Part shown: positions 37,613 to 52,468 of the stretch, piece after piece | Numbering within the stretch: the stretch's first letter is position 1 | Layout of the letters: each line of letters opens with the position of its first letter | DNA from: Eledone cirrhosa | Taxonomy: Eukaryota | Length of the DNA: 64,000 nucleotides | Direction of reading: 5' to 3' | NCBI GenBank assembly: GCA_964016885.1 | Contig: OZ024740.1 | Location: 313,782,001-313,846,000, forward strand | Notes under the pieces: model-generated | What the model saw: the letters and a program-made list of their open reading frames with translations, nothing else | Told to the model about the DNA's origin: nothing | Database searches by the model: none | Program-made: the position numbers and the translations under genes

Positions 37613-40600
37613 CTACAGGCTGATATAGAGAGAAGGCCCATTCACTCGGGCCATTCTCGCCACTTTCACCCACCTTTCATAAAACTTGCTGGGGTACAGC
37701 ACCTCTCTCTCCATCCTGATTCTTCTTCCAAAGTGGTATTTGAAAAAAAGAATCAGTTGTTGGCCGGAGAGAAAGGTGTCTGACCTCAGCCCTTTCAACC
37801 TTGTCCACCATACAACCTCTTTCGCCATAGCTATCACACAAAGGAAAACCGCCTCTCCTTCGTTTTTGAAGGAGGGTGGCGGTTTGATCATGACAATGGA
37901 CTCGGTGGTCAACTGGATTGGTCCCACCCGCGACAATAGTCGTTCTACATAGCCCCACAGGTCAGTGACGCCCGGGCAGTGTATGAATGCGTGCGCGACG
38001 GTTTCTTCGTCTCGCACGCACCTCGGACAGATCTTTTTTGCAGGGTCCCTTCCCGGGCGCCCATGTCTGTAGAGCTTGTCTCGAACTGGTAGAGCTCCTC
38101 GGTAGCACTGCCAGGCCAGGGACTTTTGGAAGTTGTCCATCGGTCCCGGGCGGAAGGTCCTACCGAACAGACTGGCCAGTTCATCTTCGTCCACGCCTAG
38201 AGTTTCACCGAGCGTGTCGTCGCACTTGCTGCGGACCAACCCTCTATAGAATGACGAAGTGGAGTCTCCACTGACCGCCGGGTCCGCCTGCCAGAGGGCT
38301 GTGAGCGCCTGAGCACATTTGATGTGCCAGTCGCCCATTTTCCTCGGTCTCTGCTTGACCCAGGACTGCAGCTCGGTCAGCGAGACGAGTCGTGGGAAGG
38401 CTCGCCTCACGAACGGGGCCCACACCGGTTGTCCGGTGAGGAATACGTAGAGATGCCGCAGCCTGAGCGCGTGTTTGCGCATCGTCAACCACGGCATCCC
38501 CAGCCCTCCGTTAGAAGGGTGTTGGCAGCAGATGGATCTTCTCACCAAAGGAGCCCGCCTCTTCCAAAGGAATCGGAAGAGCGCGCGCTCCATTTTGGCG
38601 AGCGTTTTGGCTGGACAAGGCACGACGGTCAAGCGGTAGTAGATGGCGGACGCTATAAAAGTGTTCGCCACCTCCGCTCGACCTTTCAAGGATAGTTTGC
38701 ACTCGGCCCACTTCTGGGTGAGTGCAAACACCTTGGCCGTCACTTCGTTCCAGTTCTTCTCCACCTGGAGGTCCGGACCAAACCAGACCCCGAGCAGCTT
38801 TACCGGTCCTTCCGTCCAGCATCCGACGACGCCATCGGAAGGCATCGGTCTGCCTCTCCACGATCCGAGTTGCAAACCGATGGACTTGTCCCGGTTCAGC
38901 TTCGCTCCTGTGAGACTTTCGTATTCCTTCAGTAAGGTGCCGACTTCCTCGATTTGCAAGGCGCTCGACACCATTACTGTCACGTCGTCGGCGTAGGGCG
39001 ACGCCGCTTTCCGCAGTCCCGATTCCAGAGGGATGCCCTGCAATAGCTCCAGCTTCCGCAGTAGTGGCTCAAGAGTCAGTACGTACAGAAGGGAGGAGAG
39101 AGGGCATCCCTGTCGAATGGATCGCGTAATATGGAACGGCTCCGAGAAGTAGCCGTTCACCTTGACCCTTGAGCAGACGTTGCTGTTGAGCAGACGTTCC
39201 TGATTAGTGTGACCACGCCCCCGGTTACAGAACTGGGAATTCTCCCGTTCTGTTGCCAGTTGCAGTAGACTGCTTCCAGGAGACCGGAGAATAAGTCCGG
39301 CATTGCTACGTAAAATTTGTAGGGTAGACCGTCGAGACCTGGAGATTTGCGTTTGCCGCATTGGCTCAGCGCGTCCCCTATCTCAGTGGCTGAAATCGGC
39401 TTTTCGCAGAACTTTGCCTCGCTGTCCGAGAGTCGCGGTAGGCCGTCGAGGTATGGACCGAAATCCATAGCCTCTCCCGGCGCGCCGCTCCCCCCGAACA
39501 GCCGAGCAAAGTGCCGCTGAAAAGCCGCACACATCTGCTTCGGCTCACGTATCACGCGTCCCTTTTGGTCCTTCAAAGACCGAATCGTGGACTTGTTGCC
39601 ACTTTTTGCCTCCGTCACTCGGGCCCAGCTAACAGCTTTGGCTCCCTCGTTTCCCAGAGCACGTATTTTGCTTCTGACAACGCAGCCCTCGTGCTTTGCG
39701 TCGAAGAACTGGTCCAAGGCCGTTCTCGTTGCTAGCACGCTGGCTACGTTGCCACTTCTAATTGCCTTTTCTACTTTATCTACCAGTTCCTTCTCGGTTC
39801 TATTTCTATCTAACGCTAATTCTTTACTAAAAACTATCGAGTCTAATCTAACTGCCCTCTTGAGAGAGTACCACCATCTGTTGTTGACAATGGCCCCTGT
39901 CAAGTGCTGTTTAACTAAAGTGCTAATCCGTCTACTGTAGGCTTTGCTTGTCGGTAACGACAAGTTCAGCTTCCAGTAGCCGGGTCCTTGTCTATGGGTT
40001 CTATCAAGGTTGGCCATGCAGGTCACTAGTTTGTGATCTGAATAGGCAACCATGAACATTTGTGGACAACTTAACATGTCCCTATCCTTATTTCTAACTA
40101 GAACCCTATCTAGGTACGATCTAGATGTTCCGCTACGATTACTCCACGTCCACAGTGGCGCAGTCGGAAAATCTAGTCGATATCTATCGGCCAGGTCAAA
40201 TCGGTCGATTAACTGTTTGAGGCTGTCACACCCCCCTTTATCGGGACATGCTCCCACATAGTCCCAACGTGCATCTAGGATTCCATTCCAGTCCCCCACT
40301 AAAAGCAAGGAGCGGGACGTTCCCAGAAAAGTCTCTAGACGTTTGAAGAAGTCTGGCCGCGGTGTCCCGGATGGGGCATATGCGGCCACCAGCCTGAAGG
40401 CTCCACCTTCACTACCGTCAACGTCTAGGACCACCAGTCGACCCTCCGGGTCCAGATGTACCGTCTGTGTTACGAGGCCCAGGTGTTTCCGCAACAAAAC
40501 AGCAACTCCGCCCCCACCCCCCGGTTGACAGAGAGATGCGTAGATCTCAAAGTCATCGAAGATGGGGGCCAGCTGTCGCTCGCCGTGGATCCTGGACTCG

Positions 40601-40713
40601 CAAATGGCTACCACATCCATACTGTGCGACCTGAGGTCGTTTAAGAGTTTGCCCTGTTTCCAGGGCATCCCCAGGCCGCGTACGTTCACACATCCAACTC
40701 TTATATTGGCCAT
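37613..40713 (-). pseudogene. Tx1-like ORF2 (APE endonuclease and reverse transcriptase), copy A, with internal RT deletion and frameshift
   Basis: APE motifs NVRGL, DVVAICES, AYAP, GDWN, SYLDR, SDH; GPGYWKLN; KSPGLDG; RT motifs RQGCPLS, YADD, LLGV; CPRC..ETVAHAFIHC. The segment between VVTLIR and SNVCSRVKVNG is missing at about 39185. Confidence 0.9.
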
Positions 40714-40746
40714 GTTGGTGCTGAAAAGTTAAAAGAGGAAAAGAGA

Positions 40747-42548
40747 TCACTCACCCTTCGCCTCCTGGGGACCAGGCCGCACGATTTCCATGGGGGTGTT
40801 GGAGGGGTTGTCTGGATGGGTGGTGGTTTCCGGCGGGGTGGGGACGCAGATGTTTGGTGGGGTGGGGTCTGGTGGGATGGGGGTGTCTGGGGTGGGGAGG
40901 CATTTGAGAAGGACGCGGTTGAGTGGTTTCACGCAGGAATTACCCACATCCTTCTCAAATATTTCTTTTAGGGACCTATAAGTTTGTATAGGGACCCTAA
41001 TCAGTCTTAGGTTCAGTTTTTTGCTATTTTTAATAGAGTGGGCGAAAGTTTTCCCTTCGGTGAAAACCGAAGGGTCGTTCGTGATGGTCTCCATTAGTGT
41101 TTTGTTTTCAGTGTTTATGCAAGTGTAAGTGTAATTTTCTTGTGTTGTTTTTGTTTTTGTCTGTAGTTCTTGTGTGTGCTTTCGTTTTGTTGTAGGTATT
41201 TTGTTTTCAGGAGGTGGGGGTTTTGTTTGTGATATGTTTGTTGTTTGTGTTGGTGGTTGTATGTTTGTGGTAGTGTTTGCTGGTTTTTTGCTTTTGTGAT
41301 GTCTTTTCTTTCTTTTCGAGCGATGGGGTTCTCCCTCGTCTTCACTGGGTGATGGCGAGATAGCCTCATCTGTTGTATCGTCTGTGTGATTGGGGAGGGG
41401 TATGTCTTGGGGAGCTGTTGTGTCTGTATGTGATTTTGCAGTGGTTTTAGGTGGAGTGGGGTTGGGTGGGACTGTGTTTGTTGTGGTTATTTTTGTGTGT
41501 TGGTGTTGTTGTTGTGGTGGTGGTGTTGGTGGTTGTGTTGTTTTGATGGGTGTCGGCAGAAGAGCCTTTTTTTGGTTCATTAGTTTCGGACAGGAAGCCC
41601 TCAGGTGACCCCTGCTAAAGCAATGGTAACATGAAGGCCGCCTACCCTCAACCGAAAAGTTTATGTAGGTGAGTCCGTCCAGGAGTACACGCTGTGGGAT
41701 CATAGCTATTCGCTCTGGGCTCATTTGCACCAGAACTTCAATGCTAGTCCCATTGAATACATCTCTGGGGGACTTTCCTACTGTCAGTATTCTGTCTTCA
41801 TCAAAATTGATGAAGCCGCACAGTATCCACCATATGTTCACCTTTGGTGTGACACTCGTGATTCTGATCTGTTGTGTCCTTTTTCCCATGTATGTAGGGA
41901 AAAAGGTGTACAGGTTGGATACAATTGGCGACACAGAGTAATTTTGGGTCGTCAATTGATCCTTCATGAGTACCGAAATACTCCCAAAAAGTTTGCTTCT
42001 TTGAATGAATGCAATATCATTCATTGAATTTTTGAAAACCAGTTCAATTTCTTTCTGTGACAATTGGCCTGGTTTTCGGGTAGAATTGGAAACTGTCCTA
42101 AAAACTATCGTTTTGAGAGCAGTTTCCTTGCGAATTTCTACCGGAGAATTGATGCTGAAAGCACCATTTTTTTCGAAAGTGACATATCTCTTAGCGTCCT
42201 TTAAAAGTTGTTCAGCATTTGTTATGTCGAGATATATCAATTCTTCTTTCTTTTGAACTTTCTCTGCAAAGGAGATTTTTGGTTTCTTTGTGGAATCCGT
42301 ATTGGTGGTGTTGTCATTATTGTTGCTATTGTTGTTGTTATTCTTGTTGTCACCGATGTTGGTATCATCCGTATTTTCCTTGGTGTTGTTGTTGTCTTTG
42401 ATGCTGTTTTTTCCTTGTTGTTTTTATCATTGTTGCTTTTATCATCATTATTGGTTTTGCTGTTATTTTTGTTGTCATTGAACTGTTTGGTGTCATTTGT
42501 GTTGTTTGGATATGAATTCGTTTTTTTATTTTCATTTTGTCTTTCCAT
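40747..42548 (-). pseudogene. Tx1-like ORF1 (gag-like zinc-knuckle protein), copy A
   Basis: ATG at 42548, Asn/Lys-rich N-terminus, one frameshift near 42400-42425 into the long frame (…KPKISFAEKVQKKEELIYLD…), CYHCFSRGHLRASC knuckle, Pro/Thr-rich C-terminal half. Confidence 0.85.
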
Positions 42549-42722
42549 CTCTATAGTATCTAGTGAAGAAGACGTTGTTGACTGCGAGCTTTGTAGTTTA
42601 CCACCTCTCCACCACCATTATCGTTGGACGCAGCGTTCATAACGTAATCAAAATTTTACCATATTTTTTCCAAGATTCGATGGAGAAAAACTTTTTAAAT
42701 GGATATTCCGCCCCTTCTTTAC

Positions 42723-45700
42723 CTACAGGATGGTATACAGAGAAGGCCCATTTACACGAGCCATTCTCGCCACTATCACCCACCTTTCATAAAACTGCCT
42801 GTGGCCAAGCACCTCTCTCTCCATTCTTATCCTTCTTCCGAAGTGATATCAGAAGAAGTAGACCAGACTATGGCCAGAGAGGAAGTTGCCTGACCTCAGA
42901 CCTTTCAATCGTGTCCACCAAACAACCTCTTTGAACATGGCTATTACGCACAGAAAAACCGCCTTTGCTTCCTTTGTGAAGAGGGGAGGCGGTTTGATTG
43001 TCATCACGGACTCGGCGGTCAAATTGAATCGGCGCCACCCGCGACAGCAGTCGTTCGGCGTAGCCCCACAGATCAGCCACGCCCGGACATTGCACCAATG
43101 CATGCGCAACGGTTTCTTCGTGACGCACGCATCTAGGGCAAATTTCGAGGGATCCCTGCCCGGGTGCCCGTGTCTGTAGAGCCTCTCTCGAACGGGTAGA
43201 GCCCCCCGGTAGCACTGCCAGGCTAGTGACTTCTGGAAGTTGTCCATTGGTCCCGGGCCGAAAATCCTACCGAACAGGCTGGCCAGTTCGTCCTCTTCCA
43301 TGTCCAGCGACTCTCCAAGGGTGTCATCGCCCCTGCTAGCCACCAGCCCTCTATAGAATGATGAGGTGGATTCTCCACCGATGGCCTGGCCCGCTTGCCA
43401 GAGAGCCCTGAGCGCCTGAGCACACTCAGTGTGCCAGTCTCCCAGTTTTCCGGATCTTTGCTTGACCCAGGACTGCAGCTCGGTGAGCGAGACGAGTCTC
43501 GGAAAGGCTCGTTTCACGAACGGAGCCCACACCGGTTGACCAGTGAGGAATACCTGTAGGTGCCGTAGCCTTAATGCGTGCCTACGCATCATCAACCACG
43601 GCATCCCCAGCCCTCCTTTCGAAGGTTGTTGGCAGCAGATGGATCTTCTCACCATAGGAGGGCGCTTCTTCCAAAGAAATTGGAAGAGCATGCGTTCCAT
43701 GGTGGTGAGTGTTTCCTTAGGGCAAGGCACGACAGTCAGGCGGTAGTAAGTGACGGACGCTATGTAAATGTTCGCCACCTCCGCCCGGCCTTTTAGGGAC
43801 AGCTTACACTTGGCCCATTTCTGGGTTAGTGCAAATACCTTGTTCGTAACCTCGTCCCAGTTCTTTTCCACCTGGAGGTCCGGTCCAAACCAGACCCCAA
43901 GCAACTTTACCGGGCCCTCCGTCCAGTGTCCGACGACACCGTCGGGAGGCATCGGTCTGCCTCTCCACGTTCCGATGGATTTTCCCGGTTCAGTTTCGCT
44001 CCTGACAACCTTTCGTAATCCTCCAGTAAGGTACCGATCGCCTCGATTTCCGAGTCGGTCGATACCATTACTGTTACGTCATCGGTGTAGGCCGACACCG
44101 CTTTGCTCAATCCTGGTTCCAGGGGGATACCTTGCAACAACTCTAACTTCCTCAGTAAAGGCTCGAGAGTCAATACGTACAGAAGGGAGGAGAGAGGGCA
44201 CCCCTGTCGAATGGATCGTGTGATTTCGAACGGCTTCGAAATGTACCGTTCACCTTGATCCTAGAACAGATGTGGTTGCTATGTAAGGCAGTGATGCAGC
44301 CTCTGAAAACAAGACCGAACCCAGCCGCCGCTAGCACCGCATCCAGGTAACCATGGTCGACCCTATCGAAGGCCTTAGACTGATCCAAGTTGATCAGGGC
44401 CCCACCGAAGCCGGGTTTGTTGCCAACCCTCTCTATGATGTATCGCATGAGGTGGAGGTTATCGTGAATGGACCTGGATGGGATAGCACATGTCTGCGCA
44501 TCTCCCACCAGGCCACCCACGACAAGCGCCAACCTCTTTGCTAACACCTTGGCCAAAATCTTTAACTCTGTGTTTAGCAGGGTTATGGGCCGAAAATTAT
44601 TTATACTATCCCCCTTGTTCTCGTCCTTCCTCACCAGCGAGACTACGCCCTTGGCTACAGAACAAGGAATTCTCCCGTTCTGCTGCCAATTGCAGTAGAC
44701 CGCTTCGAGGAGTTCGGAGAAGAAGACCGGCATTGCTAAATAAAGTTCGTAAGGTATACCATCGAGACCTGGAGATTTGCGTCTGCTGCATTGGCTCAAC
44801 GCATCTCCGATCTCATCAGCCGAGATTGGTCCCTCGCAGGACTCTGCCTCTTCGCTCGAGAGACGCGGCAGGCCGTCGAGGTATGGACCGAAATCCACGT
44901 CCCCGCCCGGACCCTCGCCTCCCCCGAATAATCGGGCAAAGTGCCTTTGAAAGGCCTCGCACATCTGCTTAGGCTCCCGGATCACCCGTCCATCCTCGTC
45001 TTGCAACGACCGGATGGTGGATCGATTTCCACTCTTAGCTTCTGTCACGCGGGCCCAGCCAACGGCTTTGGCCCCCTCATTACCTAGAGCACGTATTTTT
45101 ACTTCGAATGACGCAGCCTTCGTTCTTTGCATCGAAAAACTGGTTCAAGGCCGTCCTCGATGCCAGCACTCTGGCCACATCTTCGCTCTTGATTGCCTCT
45201 TCTAATTTACCTGTTAATTCTTTCTCGTTTCTATTCCTATCAGCAGCTAACATCTTGCTATAACTTATTGATTCTGTTCTAATCTCTCTTTTGAGAGATG
45301 CCCACCATCGGTTGTTGACGATTGCACCCGTCAACTTCTCCTTAACTAATCTGCTAATCCGGTTTCTGTAAGTCTCTTTTGCCCGTAAAGACAAATTAAG
45401 TTTCCAGTAACCGGGACCCTGTTTATGTGTTTTCTCGAGATTGACTACGCAGGTCACTAATTTGTGATCCGTATAGCCAACCGTGCGCATTTCTGGACAG
45501 CTTAATATGTCCCTATCCTTACTTCTAACTAAGAATCTATCTAAGTACGATCTAGATTGACCACTGTGGTTTCTCCAAGTCCAGGTAGGCACAGTTGGAA
45601 AATCTAGTCGATATCTATCGACCAAGTTAAAACGGTCGAGTAACCTCTTGAGGCTGTTACACCCCCTCTATTAGGACATGCTCCTGCATAGTCCCAACGT

Positions 45701-46142
45701 GCATCTAGGATGTCATTCCAATCCCCCGCTAGAAGCAGGGAACACGACGTTCCCAGAAAAGTCTCCAAACGCTGGAAGAAGTCGGGCCGTTCAGCTCCGA
45801 AAGGGGAGTAGACGGCGACCAGTCTCAAGGCCGCACCTTCACTACTGCCAACGTCTAACACCAACAAACGACCCTCCGTGTCCGAGTGAACAACCTGTAC
45901 GGTAAGACCCAGGTGTTTTTGCAGCAGTACGACAACCCCACCCCACCTACAGGTTGACAGAGAGATGCATGCACCTCAAAGTCATCGAAGGTAGGGGCCA
46001 GCTGCCGCACGACGCTGATCCGAGTCTCACAGATAACCATTACATTTATACCACATGACCTGAGGTCATTTAGAAGCTTTGCTTGCTTCCAAGTTGAGCC
46101 CAGGCCACGTGCATTCAAACATCCTACTCTTAACACATCCAT
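42723..46142 (-). pseudogene. Tx1-like ORF2, copy B, multiple frameshifts
   Basis: NARGL, VYSP, GDWN, SYLDR, TDH, GYWKLN, NFRPITLLN, LDQSKAFDRVDH, YTDD and LLGVWFG are split across ORFs 45855-46142, 45604-45867, 45080-45625, 44170-45132, 43907-44173 and 42849-43952. Stop equivalent to copy A at 42723-42725. Confidence 0.9.
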
Positions 46143-46175
46143 GTGGGCGGCAGAGCCAAAGGAGAGTGTAGAGAC

Positions 46176-47176
46176 CTACCTTTCTGCTTCCCGGGGTTCG
46201 GGTCGCACGACTTCCATGGGGTCGGGGGTGTTGGGTGAAGGGGTGTCTTGTGGTGGTGTGGGGTCGTAAGTGTGTGGTGGGGTTGGGGTGTTTGGAGTTG
46301 TGTTGGGGAGGGGAAGGGGAGGGGGAAAGCTTTTTAGTAGGACGCGGTTTATGGGTTTGACAGAGCGTGGTCCTACGTCCTCCTTAAAATCCTTTTTTAG
46401 TTTTTGGTAGAGGTTCATTGGGATCTTTATTAATTTTAAATGTGGGTAGTTTTCTGAAAAAACAAAGTTTACACCTTCGGTTTGTACCGAAGGATTATTG
46501 TTTATGAGTTCATTTAATTTATTATTGTTTCTGTTGATGTAAGTATAGTGTAATGTCTTTTTTTCGGATGGTGTGAGTGTTTCAAAGAGGGGAGGGGCAG
46601 GTTTGGTTTTGTTTGTTGCTGGAGGGGTGTTTTGTGTTTTGTTGGATTGTGTTGACATTTGGGTGGGGGTTGTTTGGCCTTGTGTGTTTTGTACATGTTT
46701 TCTTTTTTTTCTTTTAATCTGTCTGAAGGACTCCGTTTCTTCCTCCGAATTCGTTGGGTTATCTTCAGTGTTGGAGGGAAGAGGTATGTTTGCTGGTAAT
46801 GTTTCCATGTTGGTTTTCTTTGTGGGGGAGATGGATGTCACTATGTTAGACTGTGTTGTGTGTTGTGGCTGCGGTGGTTGTGTTGTTTTATTGAGTGAGG
46901 GGTTGGGTGGGCCTGTATTTTGTTTTGGGGTAATGTGTTGTGACTGTTTGTGTTGTGGTGGTGGTGGTGTAGTTTTACTGAGGGACGGGTTGGGTGGGAC
47001 TGAGTTTTGTTGTTTGTTTATCTGTTGTGGTGGTGGTGGTGGAGCTGGTGTTGGTAGCAGGGTTTTCTTTTTGTTGAGTTGGGGACAAGCGGCCTTCAGG
47101 TGCCCTCTGCCTGCACAGATATGACAGGACGGCCTTCTCCCCTCCACGCTAATGTTTATATACCTGTGGCCCGTCT

Positions 47177-47177
<1 letters not shown>
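46176..47177 (-). pseudogene. Tx1-like ORF1, copy B, C-terminal part
   Basis: YINISVEGRRPSCHICAGRGHLKAAC knuckle and VKPINRVLLK...PMEVVRPEP, homologous to copy A ORF1. The upstream LSIY repeats in the ORF track are microsatellite translation. Confidence 0.85.
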
Positions 47178-47293
<116 letters not shown>

Positions 47294-49358
47294 TAGCAAG
47301 AGAAAAGATTCTGTAATAGCGTTTCAATTCGCAATAGAAACCCATTCAGTAAAGTTTCGTAGGAAGGGCCTAATCCTTAAAAATATAGACATCATGTCTA
47401 ATCCAGAGAGCGAAGAAGAAGAAGAAGAAGAAGAAGAAGAAGAAGAAGAAGAAGAAGAAGAAGAAGAAGAAGAAGAAGAAGAAGAAGAAGAAGAAGAAGA
47501 AGAAGAAGAAGAAGAAGAAGAAGAAGAATGACAGACTGAATGAGTTGGGGTTAACAACCCAACGAAACCTAAGTACCAATACATGTCAATGTTTTAACTA
47601 ATTATACTTAAATCGTTCAATGGAATGAGTGTTCTAAACCCTTGGATATTTATACAGAATTTGTACTACTATATATATATATATATATATATATACAGTG
47701 TGTACCCCCAAAACGTATACATACTTCAAAAGCATTCTAATAAATATTGTCTGTACAGATAATCAAAGTGTCTGCACATTTTTTTATCGATTTCGAAAAG
47801 ATGAAAGATAAAGTTGTGTTCGTGATGATTTTAACTCACATCGGAGTATAATGAATCAGTCAACTGTGATAGGTGACGTGAATATTGTTGTACTTAGTTA
47901 AATTCCTGTACGTCCTACGTCTACACCGCTCGACACCGGTGTTGACTTTGTCTTCCATTCTTCTAGAAATCGATCAAAATAGATACTAGTAAATTACTGT
48001 GATCGAAATAAACTTATGATCTTGTCACTGTGTTTACAATCGTTTTGTGATAATATTTGTGAAAATTACTATTTGTCGAGATTGCCATTTATAAAAATTG
48101 TCATATTATATATCCACTCTCATCGATTATGGCTAAAAATTATACTCTGATTACTCCCATAGACAGATTCGTGATCTTTTCTGTAAAGAAACTTTTTATT
48201 TCTTTATTCCATATAGAAATTTCTAAGTAAACTTTAATCATTGACTAAACACATTGAAAGAATAATATTTCTTGCACTCATGTCTTTGTCACAAGTGTCT
48301 CTAACATCGGCAAAAAAACCTGTTTTTCACACGGGAAAAAGAAAGGAAGAAAATCTGAGGTGATTAATCATTTATCTCCTTGTAGTTTGTTTGATTTGCC
48401 CTAGGTTACCCCGCTCCCCATCAGCTTGCATGCAATCAAATGCATTCTAGTCGTAAACACCACAGTGTTTTCGAACGATGCCTAAGACATTAATACCTAA
48501 CGTAACCTTTCCTTTAATACAGTAGGGTTCGAATTGAGGCAGATTTGGCTGCTATATCTGACAGCTCAAAGGATTAAGTAGATTATTTGAAGACTTTTAA
48601 TGTAGCAAGAGTATTTGTGTACATAATTATTAAGATTTACGCTAATCGCCAGAACTGGTGTTATAGAAGACGTAGTACTCCATCTCATATTGGCCGAATT
48701 AATGTATAATTATTAAATATTCGAGACATTTCGTTGTAAGATTCTGTCCTTATTTTAGATGTAACACTAGACATGCGCCACATCAAGCTTCATATACTCT
48801 TCTACAAATTTACTTACAGCACACATCTACCCATTGGTCTTTGCCAGCAGGTCTTCTCTTGCTTATATTATATAAGTTTAAAAATCTGCTGATAAGAATA
48901 ACATTACTACGTGATCTGACATTTGTAAATGTACAAATAAAAAGAAAAAAATACAGTGAAGTGCATGATGAAAAACAGACAATCACAATGTGAAACTGAA
49001 GATCTCTAAGAGAATCATGATTGCATACTGAGAAATTGGATATTATGATGAGGAAAAGATGATGGTTAGAGAAAACAAAAAGTCAGACATTTAACATGAG
49101 AAAATGTTGTGAATCAAAGAAGCATATTGTTCTTGTAATACACCTTAAATAATTACTATTGTTAAAGTATTTAGTTTACTATTCTACTTTGTAGCTTCAG
49201 AAATTGGTTTTTATAGTTTCTAAAGCAATGATCCACAGGAGTTATATACTGTTACACATTACTATACAACGTCAAAACAATTTTTTAACTCAGTCATGAA
49301 TTGTATATATGTTTGTGTGCAGAGATATTTGCCTACAAATGTGTGTATATGAGAGAGT

Positions 49359-49389
<31 letters not shown>

Positions 49390-49505
49390 GGCTTCTACAG
49401 GACAAGAACTGTTTCATTCGGAAGAAATAATCAGAAAGCACTATATATATATATATATATATAATTGTTTCTACTTTATTATTATACTTAATTATACTTA
49501 TACTT

Positions 49506-49662
49506 AATTACCCAGTGCATTACTGGTACTTTATTTTATCGACCCCGTAAGGATGAAAGGCAAAGTCAACCTCGGCGGGATTTGAACTCAAATCGTAAAG
49601 GGACGTAACTATGCTGGAAAGCATGGCGTCCGACCCTCTACCGATACTGCCAATCCACCGCC
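49506..49662 (-). mobile_element. SINE family 1
   Basis: Near-identical to 950-1133; 3' end rearranged at about 49462-49505. Confidence 0.9.
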
Positions 49663-49739
49663 CTCATATATATATATATATAATGTATGTGATTCAGGTC
49701 TATACACAATAAAAAACTAAATATATGGAAACGCTTTTC

Positions 49740-50776
<1,037 letters not shown>

Positions 50777-50785
50777 GTGTATATA

Positions 50786-50874
<89 letters not shown>

Positions 50875-50911
50875 ATTTATATATATATATATGTATGTGT
50901 ATTTATATATA

Positions 50912-50993
<82 letters not shown>

Positions 50994-51399
50994 GCGTGTG
51001 TATGTGTGTGTGTGTGTGTGTGTACATACTCTGTCAATCGACAATTAGAGAGGGCGTAATATGCATCTCAGAGTGAAACATGTCTTTATACAGTTCTTAA
51101 GAATGCAGAATGTTACTTACATTTCATGTAAATCTTAGAATACAAGCACACGTGGGCGTTGAATCTTCAGGCATTATTCCAACAATGCTAATCTCACAAT
51201 AACACAATCTTTTATTACTTTGACCAATCACAGCTCCATCTATGCTAATTCCAAATTGTTGTCATATTTGGTAAATATAATTATTACCTACGTAAACAAG
51301 ACCGTTATTGCTCCAGCCAACCACTTCAATTACGATAACTACCCTAAATATACATACATTTATACTATAAAGGCTTGTGATGCTATAAAAAATTACAGC

Positions 51400-51800
51400 A
51401 AAGCTGGACATGAAGCGAGAGTCTACCGTAGAAAGCCGAAATCCAAAGTATTCTGGAGTAGGCCAGTCCATGTTAAAGGAATGCATTACAAATACAAAGA
51501 AGATTCAGTTAACTTACTACAGTCCTAAAAGAACGCTTAGAATAATTACACTGTAGTGGGATGTTGCTGACAAAATCCCACAGAGGCCGAGGAAGTGATA
51601 GTTGCCTATAAAATGCTCAAACAGCATCAGATCTTAAAACAAGGGGTCAACATGCCCATATCTGTACACACCCTATCAACAGCTGATTCTATTAACCTTA
51701 CTCTATACAGGAACTTTCTGCACTCAAGTATCATAATTTGGAATATAATTCCAGTGACTGACACAAGAGCCAAGTCGGTTGACAAGAGACAGGCTTTCTA
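51400..51800 (+). pseudogene. Possible decayed CR1/L2-group LINE 3' end
   Basis: LYRNFLHSSIIIWNIIPVTDTRAKSV resembles the Y..SF....I..WN.LP..V..A.S C-terminal motif. Weak. Confidence 0.4.
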
Positions 51801-51869
51801 GGGCCAGATCAGATGTGCATATACCACTTGTCTCTCCAACCACTGAAATGTAAACCCACTAAAACATAG

Positions 51870-51940
<71 letters not shown>

Positions 51941-51945
51941 TTTAA

Positions 51946-51988
<43 letters not shown>

Positions 51989-51989
<1 letters not shown>

Positions 51990-52420
51990 TAAGAAGTGCA
52001 TTAGCAGCCGATGTGTACGATAAAGTTGTATCTGTATATATACAGAATGTGTAACCGAGATTGCATCAATATGTATATAAATATACACATATTTACTCGT
52101 ACTATGAATGCATGTAAACATGCCAAAAAATACGAATTTCCTTGTAAATTGAGAAAAGTGATAAACACCTTTAATCGATATTTGGAACTAATTATTATTG
52201 ATATTATTCTGAAATGGACGGACTACTTATATATATATATATATATATATTGTTATACTTGGGGAGGGTCATATTTGCGTAATATTGCCAGAATTAATAA
52301 CAGAACACACTCACTGTTTGGTTGGTTTTCGCTTCTCGCTGTCTTTTATATCTGCGATCTAACTTACTGTTTCGACACACGATTTCATATAAAAAACCTC
52401 GCTAAACTAATTCATCGCCG

Positions 52421-52468
<48 letters not shown>

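Larger units (their letters stand above)
37375..42640 (-). mobile_element. Tx1-clade non-LTR retrotransposon, copy A (ORF1, ORF2, 3'UTR)
   Basis: Two-ORF layout: gag-like ORF1 with CCHC knuckle; ORF2 with APE, RT and C-terminal Cys/His motif; about 240-bp 3'UTR ending in AATAAA. The 5' boundary is approximate. Confidence 0.9.

Noticed and set aside
37577-47124. Plus-strand ORFs over the Tx1 region
   Set aside because: Antisense shadows of GC-rich or low-complexity LINE ORFs.
47695-47790. TA-CAGTG start suggesting a Tc1/mariner MITE
   Set aside because: No matching second terminal repeat could be defined.
52350-52420. Minus-strand GAAACAGTA half hammerhead
   Set aside because: The CUGANGA box is absent (reads GCGATGA) and helices are not supported.
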